Source of the DNA: Candidatus Kaiserbacteria bacterium
GTDB lineage: Bacteria > Patescibacteriota > Minisyncoccia > Phycocordibacterales > Phycocordibacteraceae
Direction of reading: 5' to 3'
Assembly: GCA_963699165.1 (NCBI GenBank)
Contig: OY969413.1
Location: 724,562 to 788,561 of the forward strand
DNA length: 64,000 bases
Part shown: in pieces, positions 57,056-64,000 of the stretch
Layout of the letters: every line of letters begins with the position of its first letter
How positions within the stretch are numbered: the first letter of the stretch is position 1
The notes under the pieces: model-generated
Told to the model about the DNA's origin: nothing
The model's input: the letters and a program-made list of their open reading frames with translations, nothing else
Database searches by the model: none
Translations under genes and position numbers: made by a program

Positions 57056-58408
57056 ATGGACACACGGAATCCGAAAGAGTTATGGGAGTATGTGATGAAT
57101 CAAGTAGAACTGTCTATATCGCCCGCAAATTTCAATACATGGTTCCGCAACAGTTTTATCGTTAAAATAGGCGACGATGGTGTGTTGTATATCGGTGTTC
57201 CGAGTCAATTTTTCAAGGATTGGTATTTGAAAAAATTTCATTCTTTGCTGCTGAAGATCGTTCGCGGCGTGTCCTACGAGTTCCGCAATATCGAATATGT
57301 CATTGTAAAAGACGAGCACCGAAAATCGGTGAAGGAGGTGAAAAATGCGCGCGGAGCGCTTGAACTGCCGCTCGACGAGTTCTACATAAACAAAAGCGAT
57401 AATTTGAATCCGCGATATACCTTCGACACGTTTGTTGTCGGTTCGTTCAATGACCTGGCGTTTGCCGCCTCGCAAGCCGCATTGAACCGCCCCGGCATCA
57501 CCTATAATCCTCTTTTCATTTACGGCGACACCGGGCGCGGCAAAACGCACCTTATCCAATCCATCGGAAATCAGTTTAAAAAACAGTATCCCGGCCGGCG
57601 GGTCTTTTATCTCACGTCGGAAAAATTCGCGGTCGATTATACCGATTCGGTGCAGGCCGGAACCGCAAACCGTTTTAAAGACAAGTACCGGCAGTACGAC
57701 CTACTCATTATGGATGATGTGCAGTTCCTTTCGAAGAAAGAAAAAACACAGGAAGAATTGTTCCACCTCTTCAATGCGCTGCATGACACCAATAAACAGA
57801 TTATCTTTTCATCCGACCGCGCGCCCGCATCCATTCCGGACATTGCCGAACGCCTTAAAGGCCGTCTCGCGAGCGGTATGGCGGTCGACATCGGAGAACC
57901 GGACACCGAGTCAAGAATGGCGATTGTGCAGAAAAAAGCCGCCTCGCACGGTGTGATACTGTCGCCCGAGGTGGTCGAGTACGTTGCTACCACGATGGGC
58001 GGCTCCATACGCGAACTTGAAGGCATGGTGAACAGCATTATTTGCCATACGCAGGTAAAAGGGACGGTTCCGGACATTGCCGAGGTCCGCCAGTCGCTGC
58101 GGTCATTCACCCTGCCGCAGAAAAATATTTCCGTTAAAAATATCGTTGATAAAGTCGCCGATTTTTACGGCATTGATGAGGAAAGTATTTATGAGAAAAC
58201 GCGCCGGAGGGAAATCGTGCGGCCGCGGCAGGTCATTATGTATCTGTTGCGCGAGGATTTTAATATTTCATACCCGACCATAGGCACAAAACTGGGTGGG
58301 CGCGACCACACGACAGTTATCCACTCTTGTGAGAAAATAAAGAAGGAGGTAGGTGTGGATACCGAACTCGCGAAAGAAATCCAAAATATTCGCACCCTTC
58401 TTGTATGA
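57056..58408 (+). CDS. dnaA: Chromosomal replication initiator DnaA
   Basis: YNPLFIYGDTGRGKTHL, DDVQF, RELEG, GGRDHTTV. Confidence 0.98.
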   Translation: MDTRNPKELWEYVMNQVELSISPANFNTWFRNSFIVKIGDDGVLYIGVPSQFFKDWYLKKFHSLLLKIVRGVSYEFRNIEYVIVKDEHRKSVKEVKNARGALELPLDEFYINKSDNLNPRYTFDTFVVGSFNDLAFAASQAALNRPGITYNPLFIYGDTGRGKTHLIQSIGNQFKKQYPGRRVFYLTSEKFAVDYTDSVQAGTANRFKDKYRQYDLLIMDDVQFLSKKEKTQEELFHLFNALHDTNKQIIFSSDRAPASIPDIAERLKGRLASGMAVDIGEPDTESRMAIVQKKAASHGVILSPEVVEYVATTMGGSIRELEGMVNSIICHTQVKGTVPDIAEVRQSLRSFTLPQKNISVKNIVDKVADFYGIDEESIYEKTRRREIVRPRQVIMYLLREDFNISYPTIGTKLGGRDHTTVIHSCEKIKKEVGVDTELAKEIQNIRTLLV

Positions 58409-58519
58409 GCATTTCACGACACTTATCAACATTATACCGGTCGCGCTGTGCGATAGATTTCTTTTATTTTATAGCTCTTTTGGGTTTATCCCCTTATCCA
58501 CACCCATAATAAAGATTGT
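58409..58519. other. Probable oriC region
   Basis: Lies between dnaA and dnaN. Perfect DnaA box TTATCCACA at 58494-58502, near-boxes TTATCAACA and TTATCCCCT, and an AT-rich tract. Confidence 0.7.
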
Positions 58520-59620
58520 ATGAATATTTCAATTGAAAAAAAGAAATTCTCGGAAGCGGTATATATCGTTTCGCGGTTTGCGGAACGAAAGAGTGCAACA
58601 CTTCCGGCTCTTTCTTCGATTTTGATTATTGCCGGTGATGAAGGGATAAAGATGCGTGCCACCAACCTCGAAACGGGCATTGATTTGAAATTGGACGGCA
58701 CCTGCAGAACACACGGTGTTGTTGCGGTTCCAGCAACCGTCCTTCAACAGTTTGCAAGCTCTCTTACGCAGGAAGGAACACTTACTCTTGAACATACCGG
58801 CGACATCGTTTCACTCGATAGCGGTATGGGAAAAAGTTTAATAAAGACCGTTCCGTATGACGATTTCCCATCCATACCATTTCCGGAAAATCCAAAAAAC
58901 CGAATCGTGGTTCCGGGCGCCATTCTAAAAAATCTTTTTACCGCCATTGCATCCTGTGCATCAACATCAACTGTGCGACCCGAATTGTCGAGCGTGTATC
59001 TTTCGATAGAAGGCGGTTCACTAACGGCGGTTGCAACCGACTCGTTTCGTCTTGCGGAGAAAAAAATTCCTCTTTCAAATAAGGGAACACAAGGAAAATT
59101 TCTTATACCAACAAAGAACGCACTCGATATCGCTCAAGCGCTTCCCGATGACGACATTATTATGTCGTTTGATGAACATCAGTGCGCGTTTATCAACACC
59201 GGAAGCATGATTGTGTCGCGGCTCACTAATGCGGTGTATCCGGATTACCGGCAAATTATTCCGAAAGAGTCCGTCGTTGAGGGGGTCGTGCTACGTAAAG
59301 ATTTCGAGGCGGCGCTCAAACGCACCACTATTTTTTCCGATTCGTTTCAAAAAATACGCATCGGTTTCGATTCGAAAAAGAACACATTGTCGTTTTTTGC
59401 GAGAAATACCGATATCGGAGAATCTTCGGAAACGCTGCCGGCAAGCATTTCCGGCAGCCCGCTTGAACTATCGTTCAATCACCGGTATTTATCAGCAGCT
59501 CTCTCACTCACACCAGCGGAAAGCATTTCGCTGCTTGCGGCAGGTATTGGGCGCCCGCTTATTATAAAAGGCGTCGGAGATACCTCGCTTCTATACCTTG
59601 TTTCACCGATGAATCAATAA
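58520..59620 (+). CDS. dnaN: DNA polymerase III beta clamp
   Basis: ATNLE, VATDSFRLAE, YPDYRQIIP, YLVSPM. Confidence 0.96.
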   Translation: MNISIEKKKFSEAVYIVSRFAERKSATLPALSSILIIAGDEGIKMRATNLETGIDLKLDGTCRTHGVVAVPATVLQQFASSLTQEGTLTLEHTGDIVSLDSGMGKSLIKTVPYDDFPSIPFPENPKNRIVVPGAILKNLFTAIASCASTSTVRPELSSVYLSIEGGSLTAVATDSFRLAEKKIPLSNKGTQGKFLIPTKNALDIAQALPDDDIIMSFDEHQCAFINTGSMIVSRLTNAVYPDYRQIIPKESVVEGVVLRKDFEAALKRTTIFSDSFQKIRIGFDSKKNTLSFFARNTDIGESSETLPASISGSPLELSFNHRYLSAALSLTPAESISLLAAGIGRPLIIKGVGDTSLLYLVSPMNQ

Positions 59621-59632
59621 TTTGGCAGTACA

Positions 59633-61816
59633 TTATTGAGGGGTCGAGGTTTGCATTGGGTTGGGTGATGAATATGAGATAGGAACGGGAAGCATCACGC
59701 CGCCCGAGAATGCGGCGGGATGGGAGGCGAACCAGGCCGAAACCCCGTATTCCCAATAGGAAAATTGAGGATCTTGTCCGGGGTTTGACGGCGGCGGACC
59801 TTGAGGGTCGTTTTTATTCGTCCAGTAGAGCAAGTCATGCGGGATGACATTTCCCTGTGCATCCGGTATGCGCCAGTTTCCTTGCAACATTTGCGGAACC
59901 GAAGATGGAATTGGGTCCGGTTCGCCGAAATATGCTTTTGGATATTTTGTAAGTGCATACGCCATAGCATCGTGCCACATCGGAGCCGCAATAAATCCGG
60001 CGATTGTTTTCACCATCGGCGTATTATCGTTATTTCCAGCCCACACACCGACTGCGATGGATGGCGTGTAGCCGATGACCCACGCGTCGCGCGTATCGTT
60101 CGTGGTTCCCGTTTTGACTGCAACATCGTATCCCGGAAAAGAAAGGGGGGAATTAAGCGGATATTCCGGAACGCGGGCCGGTGCATCGGAGAGCATTGCG
60201 GACATGTCGCGAGCGATATTTTGCGGAATTACAACGGACGGATCGGGCGCAAATTTTTGAAGCACATTTCCCTGCGCATCATCGACCTCAAGAATACCTG
60301 TCGGTGTATTTTTAACGCCGTCATTTGCAAACGCGGCATAAGCGCCGGTTAAGTCGAGCAAGCGAACTTCGCCGCCGCCGAGCACGAGCGTGAGTCCGTA
60401 CTTGCTCGGGTCGCCGAGCGTTGTGAGACCGAATGATTTTGCAAGATTAACGGCATTTTGTATGCCGACAAGATACAGTGCTTTAATGGCCGGGACGTTT
60501 ATTGATTGAGCAAGCGCAGTTTCAAAAGTCATCGGGCCGCGGAACGAGCTATCGAAATCCTGCGGCGCATAGCAAGGAGGAGTATCGTTTGTCGTGTCGG
60601 AGGGGCTGCAATCGGTTGAAAATTGCGTCGGGACATCGAATACAACCGTATCGCGCGTATACCCGTGCTGGAGCGCCAATGAATAAATAAAGGGCTTCAT
60701 CGTCGAACCCGGCTGGCGAAGCGCTAGTGCGGCGTTGTACTGCCCGTCGATTGTAGTGTCGAAAAAGTTTCGTGAACCGACCATCGCAAGAATTTGTCCG
60801 GTCGCCGGATCAATCGCGACCAGAGAAGCATTCGACGCTTTGTATTTGGTGACATTCTGAAGCGCATACTGGCTGACAATCGACTCCGCTTTAACTTCAA
60901 GATCCGCATCCAACGTTGTTGTAACTTTCAGTCCGGATTGCAGCGCTTGCGCTCCATAGGAACTTTCAAGCTGATTCAAAATATAAAAAACGAAATGCGG
61001 GGCAATGATGGAGTTTTGCGCGGCAGGTGCAAATGTCACTTTCTCGGCTTGCGCCGAGGCATAGGTAGCATCGTCTATGAATCCGAGGTCATGCATGCGG
61101 CTCAATACCAGATTTTTTCGGGTGGTTAGATCCGCAAGATGCGTACCGTACGGAGAATAATAGGTCGGCGCCTGAATCATTGCGGCAAGATATGCCGCTT
61201 CTGCGACAGACAAATCTTTTGCCGATTTTCCAAAATAGGCCTCGGAAGCGGCTTCAATGCCGTAGAGCGTTCCGCCGTAGGGAATATTATTCAAGTATGT
61301 TTCAAGAATTTGGTCCTTCGAATACGACTGCTCCAATTTTACGGCAAGAACCCATTCGTGGATTTTTCGAACAATGCTTTTTTGATTGGTCAAAAGAACG
61401 TTCTTTATGACTTGTTGTGTAATCGTCGATCCGCCTTGCGAAACCGCTCCGCCGAGCACGTCGGCGAGAAATGCACGGATGATGGATGTAAATCGAATGC
61501 CGCCGTGTTCGTAAAAACCGGAATCCTCGATGGCGAGAGTCGCATTAATCGTATTTGGAGAAATTTGAGTAAGAGGAACGATGCTTCGCTTTGCGTCACG
61601 GTTGTAGTCATAGAGCAAAACTTGTCCGGTGCGGTCGTAGATTTTGGTTGACTGGTCGACCTGACGGTCTGCAAAAGAATTGATATCGGGCACCGGAGTG
61701 ACTGCTACCACAATAAGCAAACCGCCAACAGCAAAAAGGCCGATGCCGAGAAGCACGAGAAGAATTGCAATGATAGTGTGCCGCCAGGATATATGTCGCA
61801 TGCGCCGTCGCTTCAT
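59633..61816 (-). CDS. Class A penicillin-binding protein (transglycosylase/transpeptidase)
   Basis: AIED..FYEHGG, QGGSTITQQ, RQPGSTMKP, SIN, KTGT. Start approximate. Confidence 0.95.
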   Translation of the reverse strand: MKRRRMRHISWRHTIIAILLVLLGIGLFAVGGLLIVVAVTPVPDINSFADRQVDQSTKIYDRTGQVLLYDYNRDAKRSIVPLTQISPNTINATLAIEDSGFYEHGGIRFTSIIRAFLADVLGGAVSQGGSTITQQVIKNVLLTNQKSIVRKIHEWVLAVKLEQSYSKDQILETYLNNIPYGGTLYGIEAASEAYFGKSAKDLSVAEAAYLAAMIQAPTYYSPYGTHLADLTTRKNLVLSRMHDLGFIDDATYASAQAEKVTFAPAAQNSIIAPHFVFYILNQLESSYGAQALQSGLKVTTTLDADLEVKAESIVSQYALQNVTKYKASNASLVAIDPATGQILAMVGSRNFFDTTIDGQYNAALALRQPGSTMKPFIYSLALQHGYTRDTVVFDVPTQFSTDCSPSDTTNDTPPCYAPQDFDSSFRGPMTFETALAQSINVPAIKALYLVGIQNAVNLAKSFGLTTLGDPSKYGLTLVLGGGEVRLLDLTGAYAAFANDGVKNTPTGILEVDDAQGNVLQKFAPDPSVVIPQNIARDMSAMLSDAPARVPEYPLNSPLSFPGYDVAVKTGTTNDTRDAWVIGYTPSIAVGVWAGNNDNTPMVKTIAGFIAAPMWHDAMAYALTKYPKAYFGEPDPIPSSVPQMLQGNWRIPDAQGNVIPHDLLYWTNKNDPQGPPPSNPGQDPQFSYWEYGVSAWFASHPAAFSGGVMLPVPISYSSPNPMQTSTPQ

Positions 61817-61881
61817 GCGGCATATGCTAACACGCGCGGTTCCGCCTGTGGCTGAACCGCGCGTGTTCATTTCAAGCCGTC

Positions 61882-62013
61882 TTAAATTTCCTCTTCTTCG
61901 AATTCATCATCATCCAGCTCGTCGTCGTCAAGTTCATCATCATCCAGCTCGTCGTCGTCGAGCAGACCTGCTTCTAGCGTCTCGGCGTCAAATTCTTTTT
62001 CGTCATCCGACAT
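61882..62013 (-). CDS. 43-aa hyper-acidic peptide (not in ORF track)
   Basis: MSDDEKEFDAETLEAGLLDDDELDDDELDDDELDDDEFEEEEI, followed by a hairpin at about 61829-61868. Confidence 0.6.
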   Translation of the reverse strand: MSDDEKEFDAETLEAGLLDDDELDDDELDDDELDDDEFEEEEI

Positions 62014-62104
62014 ATACATATGGTTACAAGTAGCCCCGGAGGGGACGGGTATATTTGAGCAAATCTAGTATGCAATGCAAGGTCGCCGAAGCGAAGAGTG
62101 GGGA

Positions 62105-62581
62105 TTAATGATTCTGCAATCCGAATGCGAGCGCCGTGATGCCGATTGCGATGGCATCGAGTTCGTCGTCGAGACGTTTTTTCTTAGAGAGTGCGAGCAG
62201 TTTCGGAACCATCCCCAGTATGTCCGCTTTGCCCGCGCCCCCGTGCCCGGTGACTGCAATCTTCACCTGTTGGGGGGAACATTCGATAACCGGCAAAGAC
62301 GCCAGACCGGCTGCCGCAAGTATAGCGCCGCGGGCTTCGGCGACGCCGACCGCCGTTTTTTTATTGGCGTTAAAAAAAAGCGTCTCAAGCGCAAGCGCAT
62401 CCGGAGCGAATTCCCGTATCGCATTTGTGATGGCGCTTGAGACGGCGGCGAGGCGGTTTTCGCGGAGTCCTTTCTCCGGCTGAACGCAGTCGCTCATGAC
62501 TAGTGTCGGTCGCGAAGGGTCGCCCTCGACGACTGCGATGCCGAGGCGGTCGTAGCCCGGGTCAATCGCCAGTATCCTCAT
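62105..62581 (-). CDS. ruvC: Holliday junction resolvase RuvC
   Basis: ILAIDPG, LETLFF, VAEARG, DDELDAIA. Confidence 0.95.
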   Translation of the reverse strand: MRILAIDPGYDRLGIAVVEGDPSRPTLVMSDCVQPEKGLRENRLAAVSSAITNAIREFAPDALALETLFFNANKKTAVGVAEARGAILAAAGLASLPVIECSPQQVKIAVTGHGGAGKADILGMVPKLLALSKKKRLDDELDAIAIGITALAFGLQNH

Positions 62582-63116
62582 ACCCGCGCGCATTTGTGAA
62601 AATGCGTTGCACATCCTCATGATTGTCGAGCGCGTCGAGAATGGCGGACAAGCGTTCCTCATCTGCTTCGGAAATTTCTACGAGCGGTTCGTTCGGGGCA
62701 TACAGTGCGCCGGTTTTTGTAAATGCCCAGCTCGCGGCACCCGGAGAAGCAAGTTCCGCACCTTGCAAGACGAGCAGATGCTTTATCTCCTGCGTCGTTC
62801 TGTTTTTATTGTCGGTGAGCGCGTCAATGAGAATGGCGACGCCGCTCGGTCCGTACGTTTCGTAGATCACTTGCTCCAAGCTATCGGAATCCTTTGAGGT
62901 GCCTTTGGCGATGGCGCGCTCGATGTTTTCTTTCGGCATGTTTGCGGCCTTTGCGCGGGAAACAGCCACAGATAGTCCCGGCGCCGAGAGAACGCCTTTC
63001 GCCTTCTTTGATTCAAGCGTGATGAGCCGCGCAAGACGAGAAAATACGCGGCTTTTTGCGGCATCGGTTACTGATTTTTGGCGCTTAATTTGCGACCATT
63101 TGCTGTGTCCTGACAT
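62562..63116 (-). CDS. yebC: YebC/PmpR family regulator (compact)
   Basis: MSGHSKWSQIKR, NMPKENIERAI, TDNKNRT, EDVQRIFTN. Confidence 0.95.
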   Translation of the reverse strand: MSGHSKWSQIKRQKSVTDAAKSRVFSRLARLITLESKKAKGVLSAPGLSVAVSRAKAANMPKENIERAIAKGTSKDSDSLEQVIYETYGPSGVAILIDALTDNKNRTTQEIKHLLVLQGAELASPGAASWAFTKTGALYAPNEPLVEISEADEERLSAILDALDNHEDVQRIFTNARGYEDTGD

Positions 63117-63154
63117 GCGTGCACTATAGCAAAACGGGCGTCAATTAGACAATA

Positions 63155-64000
63155 TTATTTTTCCAAATACGCTCGTCCTTGTTGCGTCAAAATGCGTCCG
63201 CGCAGCGAGCGTTCTATAAATCCAAGTCGCAGCAAGTAAGGTTCGTAAATGTTTTCTATAGTATCGGAATCTTCGTGAAGAGCAGCGGCAATCGCACCCA
63301 CGCCTGCCGGCCCTCCGCGGAACCCTTTTAGAAGGGTTTCAAGATAGCGGCGGTCGTCTTTAGTGAGCCCATGCGCATCAATACCGAAAAGTTCGCAAGC
63401 ATCGTCGCATACGGCGGCGGAAAGCGGCCGTTCGCGCACTTCGGAGAAATCGCGAACACGTTTCAAAAGTGCATTTGCAACGCGTGGGGTGGCGCGGCTC
63501 CTCGCCGCTATGCGGCCGATGACTTCTTCGGGCACCGACAAGTCAAGCAGTTTTCCGGAGCGGCGGATGATGTCTCGCAAATCGTCTTCATTGTAAAAAT
63601 CGAGCTGATGAATGCCGCCGCCAAAGCGGGAGCGAAGCGGCCCCGAAAGTTCGGAGACGCGCGTCGTGGCGCCGACGAGCGTAAACGAGGGAAGCGCAAG
63701 TTCGACGGTGCGAGCTGACGGTCCTTTGCCGAGAATGATGTCGAGATGTCCCGATTCAAGCGCCGGATACAACAGCTCCTCGATTTTTCGAGAGAGCCGA
63801 TGAATTTCATCGATGAAGAGCACCGTGTTCGGTTCGAGGTTGGTTAGAATCGCCGCGAGGTCGCCCGCCCGTTCGATTGCGACCCCTGACGTTGTTTTCA
63901 GCGGCGCTTCAAGCGTGATGGCAATCAAATGGGCGAGCGTTGTCTTGCCGACACCCGGCGGACCGTAAAAAAGAATATGTTCGGGCATGCTTCCGCGCTT
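63155..64000 (-). CDS. ruvB: Holliday junction helicase RuvB (5' end outside window)
   Basis: GPPGVGKTTLA, FIDEIHRL, FTLVGATT, TPRVAN, YEPYLL. Confidence 0.96.
   Translation of the reverse strand, partial: KRGSMPEHILFYGPPGVGKTTLAHLIAITLEAPLKTTSGVAIERAGDLAAILTNLEPNTVLFIDEIHRLSRKIEELLYPALESGHLDIILGKGPSARTVELALPSFTLVGATTRVSELSGPLRSRFGGGIHQLDFYNEDDLRDIIRRSGKLLDLSVPEEVIGRIAARSRATPRVANALLKRVRDFSEVRERPLSAAVCDDACELFGIDAHGLTKDDRRYLETLLKGFRGGPAGVGAIAAALHEDSDTIENIYEPYLLRLGFIERSLRGRILTQQGRAYLEK

Noticed and set aside
1-64000. Retron, DGR, integron integrase or prophage to explain the arrays
   Set aside because: No reverse transcriptase, tyrosine or serine recombinase, or phage structural gene is recognisable in this window.

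Overview
This looks like a chromosomal window from a Patescibacteria (CPR, Parcubacteria-like) bacterium. That call is inferred from the gene content: a long-form L28, a compact YebC, the PrgI/VirB4/pilin cluster, and -10 boxes sitting 6 nt before many start codons. The right half (about 30-64 kb) is mostly housekeeping: type IV pilus genes, tpiA/pgk, recJ, rnhA, split comEC, sod, zwf, a VirB4-type cluster, yidC-rnpA-rpmH-dnaA-oriC-dnaN, a class A PBP and ruvC-yebC-ruvB. The left half is accessory and carries IS3, IS30 and IS481 elements, most with recoverable target-site duplications (TSDs). Two non-coding architectures stand out. (1) All four tRNA genes are followed by about 170-190 bp structured units. 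Each unit has a split antisense copy of a tRNA 3' end, a hairpin scaffold (shared at the Gly and Pro loci) and a direct copy of the tRNA 3' end, and the units are tandemly stacked at both Gly loci. (2) At 7.6-10.7 kb an array of unrelated orphan ORFs with Shine-Dalgarno (SD) sites is joined by modular repeated RNA structures, including two near-identical type III hammerhead ribozymes. A second leader-repeat cassette array at 12.9-13.7 kb ends in the same 23-bp terminator. All calls were made by eye, without searches or folding software.
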